64,000 bases of DNA, taken from positions 96,002,558 through 96,066,557 of the forward strand of contig JASCQW010000162.1 of assembly GCA_030264375.1 (NCBI GenBank). Direction: 5' to 3'. A program made the translations under genes and the position numbers. This document shows, in pieces, positions 1 through 13,055 of the stretch. Origin of the DNA: Carcharhinus longimanus (lineage: Eukaryota). A model generated the notes under the pieces. It did not search any database. It saw nothing but the letters and a program-made list of their open reading frames with translations, and was not told the DNA's origin. How positions within the stretch are numbered: the first letter of the stretch is position 1; each line of letters begins with the position of its first letter.

Positions 1-1349
1 TACTTAAGATTGTTGAGCGGGGCAAGGGGAGTTATTGACCAGGGGCAGACATGTTGAAAAAGCAGAGTGTACACAAAAAAAAAGACCCACCAATTTACAG
101 GCTCTGGTTGGATCAGAAATTGGGCCTCAGAGACCAGATTATTAAGCCATGCCCACTATCAGAAAAAAAGGAAAAAAAATTAAAGGGGCCTTCCAACTGT
201 CAAAATTCAATCTCAGTTCCACGGATGCCATAGCCATAGCTTGTGACTCCAATTTCTGATCTGGATCACGATCGACATAGGAACCTTTCATCCAATAATG
301 CCTATTATTGTTGATGTCATCATTGATATTCCAATATAGACTCTGTTGCTGGATAGGTTTCTTGGTCTCAGACAGCAGCTGGACAATTTTCCTGCATCAC
401 TTTCTGAGTGCATCTGAATCAAGTGCCTTCAGGCCAGCTATTTTATTGAGTCTTTCTTTGGGCTGGGGGAGGTGGGGGGGAGAAAGGAGGAAGAGGAGAT
501 TGTAAGCTAGAAGAGGTTATAGACATAAGGAGGTGAAGTCATAAAAGTACAAGAATGAGAACTTTAAATAAGATTCATTAGGAGACCGTGAACCAAGGTT
601 GGTCAGTAGAGGCCAGAGGCATTGCTGAATGTGTTCCGATAAGGATAGTTTGCATCTCATAACTGGTTGACAAATAACACATATTATATAAATCACTTTA
701 AAGTCTCTCCCCTTCCCAGATGAGGAAATGATGATCTGATGCTATTGAAGATGTGACCTATCCAATCTCTCACTGGTTAGGAAGAGAGTTGTGCTCAATA
801 GAAAAAATATATACTGTTTCACTGAACATCTCCATAGTGTAACTGAAGCCATTCAATGTACTAATAGGACCTGGAGAGGGCGCCAGAGAAGCCGAGGTTC
901 AGTCTAACCTGAGCAAACTGGAATCAGACAGTAAGTCTGCAACCTAGCCAGAGGGTGAGCTATAGTTGAAGAGCCAGAAATCTGTCTAGGGACAGAGATG
1001 TAAATATCTTCTTGTTGTAGTAATAGAAGGAACCACTGTAAAAAGGAAAGGACGCATAGAAAGGACTAAAATAAATCAGCACAGAGAAATAGAAACTGAG
1101 AGAAGCAATTTAAGAATGCATGAATGAATGTAAAGTAAAATGGGATTAAAGTTACAAGTTTGGGTTACCAGTACCATTAGCACCACTACTACCATTTGGG
1201 GTGGACCACACCGAGGACCTGGCTTTAAAGTTACTGTTGAGCAGTAATTCAAAATGCACATGTCTGGCCATAAGCAATATCAGCAATCAGATTCCTAGAA
1301 GACGAGGTTCAAGGGCAGCAGGAAATCAGGATCTGGAAGAATCAGACAA

Positions 1350-1465
1350 AGGAGAATTAGGCAGATTTTTGGTCTACAGGGGAATTAAGGAGAATGGGTT
1401 GGGTAGGTGCCGCAGGGTTAAGGCCACAGTGAGATCAGCCATGATCATACTGAATGATAGAGGAG
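1350..1465 (+). mobile_element. CR1 LINE 3' end fragment, old
   Basis: agatcagccatgatcatactgaatg matches the CR1 3' UTR also seen near 12170 and 16530. Confidence 0.6.
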
Positions 1466-1727
1466 TCACTGTCTCATGTGCCAGACTCTTGGCAGCTAAA
1501 TCTGGCAATCCCAAGTTCATTACTATGTTCTGTCAATACCTGTGTCATCCCAAGTATCACACTTAAAAGTGCAATATTTTAAAGTGGTCTTTACACTGCC
1601 TATTTAGCATACCATTTACCCAACTCTGATAATCCCTTAATTTTGAAAATAAGTTCTTCCTTCCTTCCACTTAAGAAAGTCAAATAGTACTGTTCATCAT
1701 TGTATAACTATCAAGCACTTGTTGCAC

Positions 1728-1830
1728 GCCATTGGCTGCTGTGTTTCTTTCACTACAACTGTGAACAAAACGTCAAAACTACTTCATGGTTGTAAAGCAT
1801 TTTCAGATGTCCTGCGGCATTGAAGCATGC
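1728..1830 (+). mobile_element. DeuSINE (SacSINE1/AmnSINE1-like) 3' fragment
   Basis: attggctgctgtgtttc...acttcatggttgtaaagcattt...gatgtcctg resembles the recalled DeuSINE tail and the copies at 27190 and 51080. Confidence 0.55.
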
Positions 1831-2049
1831 CTCAGTCTAACATCCAAAAGCACTCCCTAGACATTGGAGGCCTGGAATGACTGCTACCACTCTTTTCCAA
1901 ACCTTTCCTAATCCATTTCCACACTTTTTCAGCTAGGAAGTAAGGAAAAGGGCATGGAATAATATGAAGCCAAATCATACTTCCCAAACCCTCAATCTCT
2001 ACCACTTAATAATGCAAGGGCAGAAGACAGATGAGAACACAATTACCTC

Positions 2050-2290
2050 CATATTTGCTTCCAAGTCACACAATATCCTAAATTTGAATACTAAAATATT
2101 CTCTCATCATCATACAGTTAAATCCTCAAATTCCCTACCTAACAAGTATTGTGAGATCCCCTTCATCACATGGATCACAATGGTTTAAAAATACAGCTCA
2201 CCACCACTTCCTGCAATGCAATTACAGATGGACAATAAATGCTGTCTTTGCCAAAGGTGCTGTCGGATCCCCAGAATAAACGTAAATAAA
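2050..2290 (+). mobile_element. 3' end of CR1-group (Zenon-like) LINE
   Basis: cagctcaccaccacttc...caattacagatggacaataaatgctg tail, shared with 22840-23460 (-) and with the SINE at 25227. Confidence 0.65.
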
Positions 2291-4189
2291 TACTGGGCTG
2301 GCTTACAAACTTCCAAACAATTAGAGTAGCCATGGGACAGCTGCACAATCTCACCTTAAGGGGACATGGAAATTTATTTTCTAATTCCTTCAGTCAAAAG
2401 AATAAATACAATGTGCAAAGTTAAAAAGAAACACCAGCTACTATCCTCACACTAATGACAGCAACATGGAGACAGTGTGCAAATATCTATGACGATTTCT
2501 CGAACCGTTGCTGTCACAGAATGGCACAGCAAGCAAAACAACTGTGCATGTCCCACAGGATAATACAGGAGGAAACAGAGTATAATCTTAAAAAGCTGGG
2601 TGTAGATTTCATATCATTAATATTAGGCATCCATTTTTAAGAGAAGCAAATGTGTCTATGAGTGGAACAAATACTTTCCAAAGCATATGCATTTTTAAAG
2701 ATTTAGTAAAGCAATCCAAGTTGAACCAGATTGAATCTGCCAATATTTTTTTGAGACCACCAATGTTAACAATGTCTTACACGCCACCTTCAAGGGCAAA
2801 TCTCATGCACAACTAGACTTGCAGAATTCAGAGAGTACAAAAAGCTTTTGCTGAAGGTCACATTGTTCTGAAGTTGCAGCTTCTAATATTTACAGTGTTT
2901 ACACAGCAGCCAATATGAAGGTCTAATTTGATAATGCAAAACACTATAACTGCCATGAAATGTTTACACATAGCTCAATAAAACAAGCTGGGGTCCTACT
3001 GTAAATACAAATAGTGCCACTTAAGTATGGCTACAAAAGTATTACATTTTTAGAGGTACTTATTACTGTCACACAAAAATGAAAATAAAAACTCTGACAG
3101 CATAGATCAGAAGGTAAAGTGCACTTGCATAGCAGGAGCCTGAAAAACTGTGCTGGCCATGTTACTATTTCCATTAGCAAAAATAGTAGAACATACACTA
3201 CAACACTACAACCACAACTACCCATCCCTCCTCCGCTGTAAAACCGTAAGTATAACAAGAACTTGTCATTACCGAGGATAATGTTGCAATACGGACGGAG
3301 TTCCATTCTTCAAAATATATGAAAATATTTCATCTGAAGTAGCATACTGCTTTTAATTTCATAACATCACCTTCCCATGCCACAGACTTCCCCTCCCCTC
3401 ACCCCAAAGAGCTGGAACTCCATAATGCAATTCAATAGTCAAAATTTGCATTTCAGGCAAGATACGTTTTTAAGATACTTTTGGAAAGAATGAGAAATGT
3501 GCGTTTTGTTAACAGAAGAATCTGACCTCTGCTTTGCTCCACTAATTTCTGGCTGTGCCTCTGGCACAACAAAGGTCAGCACCATATGCACGCTGACTGC
3601 ATTGTTTCTGATTGCCATTCCCAACTCATAAATAGCTCTTCTAAAATGAATCAGCATTGGAACTCCATTTTTGTCAGGTAACAAAATTTCCAACTCTTTC
3701 TCCAATGGAACATTCAAAGTTTAAAGTTTACTCGTTAATTGATAGGAATGTAGATTTTAAATGCTATATAACATAGATAGTTTGCGTCATTACAGTTTGG
3801 GTGCTGTAAAATGATTCATTTCAGCTCTTTTAACAATAATGCAGTCGCACCCCACACACATGGGAAGATTTATGACATGTACAGGTTCTCGCTATTTTCA
3901 AATAAAATAGCTACAAAGGAATTTTATTAGGGACATGTACATAAGAGAGATTAAGGAGACCATTCATTGTCTTAGTGTTTCCTGTTATTAATGCAAGGAG
4001 TGCTCGGACATCCTGAGGCCCAGGCTGAGAGAGCAAGGTGTCCACTAAACCTACAATTGTCATGACAATGCAACAGTTTTGGGGGAACATCTATGGTTGA
4101 AGAATGTTCCAAATGATTAAAGCTATATTTACAATTGTTGGCATTCCCTCTTCCACACATACAACCTACTTATCTACAATCTTCTGAAG

Positions 4190-4885
4190 ATCACAGAATG
4201 GTTAAAGCACAGACGGAGACCATTCCGTACTGGCTCTCTGAGTAATTCAACTAGTACCACTTGTCTGCCTTTTCCCCATTAATCTGCACATTCTTCCCTT
4301 TCAGACGATTATCTAATTCCCTCTTAAATGTCTCAATTGAACCCGCCTCCACCACACCCTCAGGCTGTGCATTGCAGATCTTAAGAAACAAGAAATTATT
4401 TTATCAAGTGAGTGCTTAACTGCTTCTCATGCCAATTATCTTAAATCTGTACCAAGTCCTCAGAAAATTGCCTCTAAAATCAGGAAGATGGAATACAACG
4501 ACTCAATTGGTCTCATGCCATGCTTTTTAATGGCTATCCATTCTGTCCAGACACCTCTTAAATCTCCTCTCAACCTTGCCTTATCCAAAGAAAACAATCC
4601 CAACTTCTCCAATCTAACAACAGTACTGAAGTTTCTCTGAGCTGGAAGCATTCTTTGTGAATGTTTTCTGTGCCCGCTCTGTTGCCTTTGCATTATTCCT
4701 AACTATGGCATCCAGAACTGGATGTAACATACCCCAGTTGAGGCAGAACCAGTGTTTTCCCTAAGTTTAACATAATTTCCTTGCTTCTGAATGCCTGTTG
4801 ATAAAGCTAAGGATGCTGGATACTTTTATTAACCCATGGTCTCTCAGTCTCCCTGCCACCTTTAATGACTAATGAATTTTTACAC
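4190..4885 (-). mobile_element. CR1 LINE 3' part, decayed
   Basis: Minus ORF contains RLEKLGLFSLDKARLRGDL (CR1 ORF2 C-terminus); CR1 tail near 4190. Confidence 0.75.
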
Positions 4886-5454
4886 CCATGCATAAACCAA
4901 GGGAGCAAACTATGAAAATATAATTTATACTTTTTCAAGAAAAAAACATCTGGAGGGATATGCCCATACGTTGTTAAATAATACTCAAGATTTTCTGTTT
5001 TTACCCCAATTTACCCTTAAATTTTTCAGTTGCCTACAAAAGTAAAAGTTGAGGCAGGGAAATAAGAGAGAGAGAGAGAGATCTTCCATGTGAAAATCAG
5101 GGGAAATTACCACGTCATAAAATTCACAACAGGAACAAATATATGGAGTTATTTTTCCACTGACTCTGCAATTTAAATTTTCCAATCTGATTTTACTTAG
5201 AATGTTTTATTATTTTACTACTGTATAACCTTTTTTTTTGAAAGTTTATTATGTCCCTTGACATCAGAGAGGAAATCTAAAACCAGGCTCTCTGACATTC
5301 TCTGGGTGAAAGAGCCTGCTAGCAATCTATTCCAAATTTCTTTCTCCACAGCAGTTGCTTTGAATTAGTTTGAGTGGTTGATAGAGTACATCCGGACATA
5401 GTAAAGAAATAAGTCAAAATCAGGAGGAATGGAGGAACCTGGTTGCTAAACATT

Positions 5455-5738
5455 AAAGTTTCAAGTTTATTAGTGTCACAAGTAGGCTTATATTAACACT
5501 GTAATGTGAAAATCTCTTAGTCAATACATGCCAGTGTCTGTTCAGGTACACAGAGAAAATTTAGCATGGCCAATGCACCTAACCTTGGACTGTGGGAGGA
5601 AACTGGAGCATCTGGAGGAAACCCACGCAGACACAGGAAGAAGATGCAGACTCCGCACAGTCACCCAAGCCAGGAATTGAACCCAGGTCCCTGGTGCTGT
5701 GAGGCAGTAGTGCTAACCACTGTGCCACCGTGCCGCCC
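5455..5738 (-). mobile_element. tRNA-derived V-SINE (HE1-like head, non-CR1 tail)
   Basis: Reverse complement starts gggcggcacggtggcacagtggttagcactac with A and B boxes; tail cctacttgtgacactaataaac. Confidence 0.85.
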
Positions 5739-7254
5739 ACGAAGCATGAAGTAATTGAAGAGTTATCATTTTTGAAATTTAATTGGACTTATCATTTGGT
5801 AGCATACTTAAAGACACAAAGATAAACACAACAGGTCCCATCAGATGCTATCTCCAGGTAAAGCTCAAAGATGCACACAACCAAATCTTTATGTGCATGG
5901 AAAAAGCATGGGGATTGTTGAAAATTGAGGGGATTTGTAAATTTGCTTTTTTTTGTAAAATTTAGTCAAAATTAAATTAGGAATAATGTAAACTTCTGGA
6001 AATATTACTGCAAATTAGGAAGAGCTAAAAATGAAAAACAATATAGTCATTGCTCCAGCTACCTCTTGTTTTAAACCCTGGTACATCTTTGTATAAAGTT
6101 TACATCATCCTATTGTATAACACAAAACAAATGTAAGTGCATCACTGTGGATTACACAAAAATTGACCCACAGTCAGAGTTACTGAACTTGTAGTTAAAA
6201 TTAGCACTGAAGCTGTGTAGCAAAACTACCAACGTTCCTCATTTCACATGGCAATGAGGAAAAGTCAGGGGTGTGAGACAAGCCAAATTGCTCTTGCAGA
6301 AAGCCAACATGTCCTCAACTGCTCAAATGGTCTCCTTCTGTGCTGTAACTAGTTCTAAAATGATTCCAAGTGTTTTGTCCATTAAGTAATTTGAAAAAGT
6401 AAAATATTTCAGACAAATCACAACTCTGCCATAAACAGCATCAGATAACTTTCAGCTCTCCATGGTTGTTATACTCATTATAACAATAATTTCAAGGACT
6501 TTGCAGCGTCCAAATTACTTTTACTGACCCCACACTATTTCAGTTATGTTTTTATTACTTGCTCTAATAACACAGCAGTCTGCACTGATTCAAACTCAAA
6601 ATGTAACTTGAAACTTGAATTATTAACTGTTACACTGGTAACGTATAATATTTTTGAGTACCTGCAAAGGCTCAGCATTGTCATAATTTTCCTCTCACTA
6701 CCCCCACTGGTTTCTAATCTATCATCGTAATTAAGTTAATGCAAAACAATAAAAACAGCAGCAGAAAGCTAAGCAGAGCAAAGCGCAGTGTTTTGTTTCA
6801 ATTTTATATGATTTGACCTCCACTTGGTTTTAGCCTTTATAGTGAAGCAACTTGGACACACGAGCTCCAGTTGACATTAACCAGATGTTATCAACCTTTA
6901 CTGCCACTTCAACTGTTTCACAATACCATTTATGCCCCACTATTGGCAGAATACCAAAAGCCTTTTCAAAAGAAAAGGAGAGAAATATGTGTAAAGCAGA
7001 GACCCGAAGTAGGCACAAAACGGGCATACTCAAAAGAACCAGGACTGCAATATTAAAAGGAAAAAAGTAGAAACACGAACAATCAAGAAGCCAGCATGGA
7101 TAGCCATGGTTCCCTCAATGTTGTAGCTGTCCTGGAACAGCTTGGCTAAGGGCACGGCAAGTTCTGGAGCACAAGTCTTCAGGACTATTGCTGGATTATT
7201 GTCAAGGCCCATAGTCTTTCAGTATCCAGTGCCTTCAGCTGTTTGATATCATGC

Positions 7255-7374
7255 GGGCCCTGATTTTACTGGCACGGCAGCCCCGAAAATCCAGGCCCGC
7301 AGAATGGCATTCCCCATTAGCCTTGGGCATGATCTTAAGAACCTCAGGCAACTGTGCCGGTAAAATCAGAGCCT
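7255..7374. mobile_element. MITE with terminal inverted repeats, nested in LINE
   Basis: ggccctgattttactggcac ... gtgccggtaaaatcagagcc; the host LINE resumes on both sides. Confidence 0.7.
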
Positions 7375-7763
7375 TGGAGTGAACCAAACTGGCTGAAAAC
7401 TGACATTGTGAAACTTGGACTTCCTGAGGAAGCCATGATGGATCATCCACTTGGCTGAAGTTCATTGTGAATGCTTCAGCCTTATCTTTTGCACAGATGT
7501 GGAGTCCTCTTTCATTGAAGATAGGGCTATTCGTGGAGTCTTCTCCAGTGAATTGTTTATCTGTTCATTCACTATTCACGGCTGAATGTGGCAGGACTTC
7601 AGAACTTGGATCTCATCCTTTGGTTGTGGGATCGCTTAGCTCTATCAGTTGCTACCTATGCTGTTTGGCGCACAAGTATTCCTGTGTTGTAGCTTCAAAG
7701 GTTGTCATCTCATTTTTAATTATCCCCAGTATTACTTCTGGCATGCCCTCTTGCACTCTACAT

Positions 7764-8024
7764 TGATGTGGATGTGCTGGCGTTGGACTGGAGTAAACAC
7801 AGTAAGAAGTCTGACAACACCAGGTTTTAGTCCAACCGATTTATTTGATAGTAAACTCACAAGCTTTCGNNNNNNNNNNNNNNNNNNNNNNNNNNNNNNN
7901 NNNNNNNNNNNNNNNNNNNNNNNNNNNNNNNNNNNNNNNNNNNNNNNNNNNNNNNNNNNNNNNNNNNNNTTACTATCAAATAAATCGGTTGGACTAAAAC
8001 CTGGTGTTGTCAGACTTTTTACTG
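7764..8024 (-). mobile_element. Penelope-type palindromic element, centre lost in N gap
   Basis: Inverted arms flank the gap; same family as 36739-37056; near-duplicated target actctacattga (7755-7766) / actccacattga (8025-8036). Confidence 0.75.
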
Positions 8025-9432
8025 ACTCCACATTGAGCCAGGATTGATCCCTGAGCTTGGTGGTAATGGTCGAGTGGGAGATATGCCAGGCCATGAGATC
8101 AGAGATTGCGGTCAAGTACAATTCTGCTACTGCTGATGGCTCACAGTGCCTTATGGATGTCCAGCCTTGAGTTGCTAGATCTATTTGAAGTCTATCCTTC
8201 AGCATAGTAACCATGCCACACAACACAGTGGAGGATATCCTCAACGTGAAGACGGAATTTCACCTCCGCAAGACCTGTGTGGTGGTCACTCCTACCAATA
8301 CTGTCAGATGCATCTGTTGTAGGGGAGCTTGGTGAGGATGAGGTCAAGTATGTTTTTCCCTCTTGTTGGTTCTCTCAGCCCCTCCTGCAGTTCCAGTCTA
8401 GCAGCTATGTCCTTTAGTACCTGGCCAACTCAGTCTGTGGTGGTAGTACTGAGTCACTCTTAGTGATGGATGTTGAAGTCCTCTATCCAGAAAACATTCT
8501 GTGGCCTTGCCACTCTTAATATTTCCTTCAAGTGGTGTTCAATGCAGAGGAGTACTGATTCATCAGCTGAGGGGCACAGTATGTGGTAATCAGCAGGATG
8601 TTTCCTTGTCCATTTTTGATCTGGTGCCATGAAACTTCAGAGTCCAGAGTTGATCTTGAGGAATGCCAGTAAAAGTCCCTCCTGACTGTACACTAGGGTG
8701 CTGCCACCTCTGCTGGGTCTGTCCTAATGGTGGGGCAGAACACGCCCAGGAATGATGATGATGGTGTCTGGGACATTATCTGTAAGGTATGATTCCACGA
8801 GTATGACTGTGTCAGTCTGTTGTTTGACTAGTCTGTGAGATAGCTCTCCGAACTTTTACACCAGCCCTCAGATGTTAGTAAGGAAGACTTTGCAGGGTTG
8901 ACAGAGCTGGTTTGCCATAGTCATTTCCAGTGCCTAGGTTGGTGCCGTGTTGTCCATCCAGTTTCATTGCTTTGCGTTTTCTTCACAGTGGTTGGACACA
9001 ACAGAGTGGCTTGCTAGGCCATTTCAGAGGGCATGTAAGAGTCAATATATTACTGTGGATCAGAGTCGTGTGTAGGCAGGACCAAGCAAGGACAGCAGAT
9101 TTCCTTCCTTAAAGGACATTAATGAACCAAATGGGTTTCAGTGGCAAAGAGGAACAGTATAGAGTGGAAATGCTTGAAATAGCAAGGTAGCTTTTAAATT
9201 CTTAGAAAGCATTTTCATTAATCCAAAAACTGCATAAATGAGACAATCCAACACAGAGTTTTGCAGTGCTTCCTTCAACTGCCTGCAATTAGAAAGTATT
9301 GCAATAAGCATCAAATTGCTAACACCACCCGTGAATGCCACTTTATTCGTAACAAGAATAACAGCCAAACAATAATTGCTTGAAATAATGTCCCCTCCCC
9401 TTCATGAGGAGTCACGTAACTAGTAGGAAATG

Positions 9433-9467
9433 TCATTATCCAGTTCATTATCCAGTTCATTATCCAG
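9433..9467. repeat. 12-bp tandem repeat, about 3 copies
   Basis: tcattatccagt repeated. Confidence 0.85.
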
Positions 9468-10529
9468 CACTTGTGTGCAGAATTGTAGTAGCATAGGGCT
9501 AAATAACAATTAAGGCAAAGCCAACACAGCTACAGGTTCCATGTGCTCAGACCCATAACAACAGTTGTTTTTGGCTACAAGCAGAGTAACTTGAAATGGA
9601 GCGCCAGAAATGTTAATCTGTTAGCAGCTTCTACTAATCAACTTGAATGTTACTTTCAAATAAAACCAATATATTCCAACAAAATAAATGCACCATATAA
9701 AACCTCTGTGTCTCTTTTATATATATTTTTACATTAAGTGACATGATGATCTGGATTTTCCAAATGGCAAAGCAAGGGTGTGAGCTGCTGACCTTGAAGC
9801 AAGCTTACTGAAAGATCTTGCATCTCATGCCATGCAATGGAGCGTAGTGTTGTCTATTGTTGGAGATTCCCAGCATGGTGCTGAGGTGACAGTATCAAGC
9901 AGTCAAAGGAGCCAATCACACTAAAGAATTCTCACAGCTAGCCAAGCAGCAAAGTATTAATAATCAGATAATTTCTTTTTAAACAGAGCAGAAGAATAGG
10001 TATGCAATCAGATTTAAAAACAATTAGCTTAAAAATTTTCATAAATCATAAGAGATATTTAACGACAATGTACAAACAAAGCATTTTTTCTGGGCTAGAT
10101 CTACTGTTGAGCAACAACTAATATTCAGATTGTTAAAGACTCAGTCGTAACTGATGGCATTAGTTATAACTTTTCATGGAATCTCAAACATGGGCCTCAT
10201 TACAATCAGAGATTCCCAAATGTATAGTAGGGAACAGGGAAGTGTTTGAAAGTAAACAAATACTTTGGCCAGTATTTCCTCTGGTGACTACAGAGCCATT
10301 AGCCACCAGCAAAATCTTTTGGTCCCACTAAGGCTTAGGGACTTCAGCATGGATCACCAGCCCTACCAGCGGATAACCTGCAACAGAGAGTCGATTATGA
10401 TACAACTAGAAGAGCTAGCTAGCAGGAAGGGCCAGAAAATTCCTCCCTCTGTGTCTGTCTTCAGGGAGAAGAAATAAAAAACCTTCCTGGTATACTACAG
10501 AAACATAGGACTAGGAGAATGAGGAGCTG

Positions 10530-12240
10530 GAATACTACTGGAGAAATTAATGGGAATTTAAATTGATAAACCTCCTGGACCTGATTATCTACATCACGGA
10601 GTGCTGGAAGGGTTAGTTGTGGAGATAATGGATGTGTTGGTGGTCATCTGCCAAATATCTACAGATTCTGGAATTGTTCCTGCAAACTGGAAGGTAAACC
10701 CACTTTTTAAGAAAGGGGAGAAAGAGAAAGTGGGGAACTATAGACCTGTTTAGCCTGACATCAGCAATAGGGACAAAGCTAGAATCTATTATAAAAGTTG
10801 TGATAACTGGATGCTTAGAAAATAATATAGAGAGTCAATTTGGACAAAAAGAAAATCATATTTGACAAACTTGTTTCAGTTTTTTTTGAGGATGTAACTA
10901 GCAGAAGGGGGAACCAGTGAATGAGATGCATTTGGATTTCCAGAAAGCTTTCAAAAAGTTCTCAAACAGGTCAGTGAGCAAAATTAGAGTACATGGGACA
11001 GGGGTGATCTGGCATGGACTGAGAATTGGTTAACGGATAGAAAAGAGAGAGTAGGAATAAATGGGTCATTGCCAGTTTGACAGGCTGTGACTAGTGAGTT
11101 ACTGTAAGTTATCAGTCCTTAAGTTATTCACAGTCTATATCAATCTTTTGGATGTAGATGCCAAATGTAATATTTCCAAGTTTGCTGATGATACAAAAAC
11201 TGGGTGGGAATGAGAGTTGTGAGGAGGATGCAAAAAGGTGTTAAGGGAATTGTACAAGCTANNNNNNNNNNNNNNNNNNNNNNNNNNNNNNNNNNNNNNN
11301 NNNNNNNNNNNNNNNNNNNNNNNNNNNNNNNNNNNNNNNNNNNNNNNNNNNNNNNNNNNNNGGTGGGAATGAGAGTTGTGAGGAGGATGCAAAAAGGTTT
11401 TAAGGGAATTGTACAAGCTAAGTGAGTAGGCAACAACATGGCAGATGAAATATAACATGGAAAAATGTGAAATGCTCCACTTTGATGGGACAAATAAAAA
11501 CAGGGTATTTTTTAACTGGTGAGGGATTGGGAAGTGTTGGTGTCCAAAGGGACCTGGAGGTTCTTGTTCACAAGTCACTGAAAGCTAATATGTAGGTGCA
11601 GCAAGTAACTATGAAGGAAAATGGTATGTTGGCCTTGATTGTAAGAAGATTTGAATACAGGTGTAAAGAAGTCTTTCTGCAAGTATATAGAGCCTTAGAG
11701 AGACAGTGCCTAGATTTCAAGTGCAGTTTCTGTCTCCTTACCTCAGGGACATTACACTTGCCATAGAGGGAGATCAATGAAGATTCACCAGACTGATTCC
11801 CGAGATAGCGGGCTTGTTTTATGAGGAGAGATTGAGAAAATGAGGCCTATATTTCACAAGAGTTTAGAAGAATGAGAGGTGATCTCATTGAAGCATATAA
11901 AATTCTTACAGGGCTCTATAGAGTAGATGCAGGAAATATGTTCCCCTGACTGAGGTCTAAAAGTTAGGAACAAGGTCTCACAATAACAGACAAGGTCATG
12001 AGGTGAGGCAATATTTCTTTGGAATTTTCTACCCCAGGGGGCTGTAGAGACTTACGCATCAAGTACATTCAGGACAGAATGAATAGATTTCTAGATCTTA
12101 AAGATATTTAGGGATCTATTTATCCTAAATATAGGATAAAGATATTACAGGAAAGCGGCACTGAGTTAGAAGATCAGCCATAATCTAGTTGAATGGTGCA
12201 GCAGGCTCAAGGAGTCAACTGGCCTATTCCTGCTTCTATG
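10530..12240 (+). mobile_element. 5'-truncated CR1 LINE (RT to 3' tail), decayed
   Basis: PGPD, NYRPV, LDFQKAF and SKFADDTK motifs with frameshifts; CR1 3' UTR ends cctattcctgcttctatg. Confidence 0.9.
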
Positions 12241-12574
12241 TGGGAAAGTTTTCACCAAATTAACTGATTCACATTTCGCAGCAAACTTCCATCATTTTTA
12301 GATCCAATGTCATAATCAGAAAATCAGTTTTCAAACTATCAATAGCTGTACTAACCAAAGAACTTCTGTGAAAAGGAACGTTGCTTGGCTGGGTTAGCAG
12401 ATATTGACACTCCTTGCACATGTGGTGAACAATAATCCAATGCTAGCTGTGTAGAAGAACTTGAAGGGAAGGGCAGCTCGTTTCATTATTTCATTAAGTA
12501 TGATGCAGTGACATCACTATAGGGCTGAGGTTAAGAGATCAGGGGCCACCAACCAGCAAACAGGCTGCTGATTT

Positions 12575-12765
12575 TTTTTTAATCTGTTCGTGGGACACGG
12601 ACATCATTGGCAGGCCAGCATTTATTGTCTGTCCATAGTTGCCCTTACAGTATGGCTTGCTAGGCCATTTCAGAGGGCAGCTGAGAGTCAACCACATTGG
12701 TGTGGATCTGGGGTCACGTGTAGGCCAGACCAGGTAAAGACGGCAGATTTCCTTGGATATTAGGA
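12575..12765 (-). mobile_element. 3' half of the tRNA-SINE that shares ends with the Zenon-like LINE
   Basis: Reverse complement matches about 25425-25570. Confidence 0.75.
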
Positions 12766-12775
12766 AGATCCTTCA

Positions 12776-13055
12776 CAGCACGGTGGCACAGTGGTTAGCA
12801 CTGCTGTCTCACAGCACCAAGGACCTAGGTTTGATTCCCGCTGGGGTCACTGTCTGTGTGGAGTTTGCACATTCTCCCTGCGTCTGTGTGGGTTTCCTCC
12901 CACAATCCAAAGATGTGCAGGTTAGGTGCATTGGCCATGCTAAATTCTGCTTCAGCGTACCCGGACAGACACTGGAGTTTGGTGACCAGAGGATTTTCAC
13001 CGTAACTTCATTACAGTGTGAATGTAAGCCTACTTGTGACTAATAAATAAACTTT
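12776..13055 (+). mobile_element. V-SINE (HE1-like head, non-CR1 tail)
   Basis: cacggtggcacagtggttagcactgctg... ends gcctacttgtgactaataaataaacttt. Confidence 0.88.

Larger units (their letters stand above)
7105..9138 (-). mobile_element. CR1-group (Zenon-like) LINE, 5' UTR + endonuclease + start of RT, decayed, with nested inserts
   Basis: Minus-strand translation includes FGELSHRLVKQQTDTVILVESYL (APE start) and PAIVLKTCAPELAVPLAKLFQ; the 5' part (about 9005-9138) matches the body of the SINE at 25227. Confidence 0.8.

Noticed and set aside
143-395. Minus-strand open frame of about 85 codons (..WNINDDINNNRHYWMKG..)
   Set aside because: No recognisable homology and no convincing splice sites.
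2455-2640. RMAQQAKQL resembles ANKFN1 KMTQQMQNL
   Set aside because: The conserved PSSPNAAKRLYRNLS block does not follow; likely chance.
3439-3717. 92-aa minus ORF (and the 95-aa ORF at 55618-55905)
   Set aside because: No motifs or exon boundaries; within chance expectation.
11203-11421. About 60-bp direct repeat on both sides of an N gap
   Set aside because: Typical unmerged contig overlap; assembly artefact.
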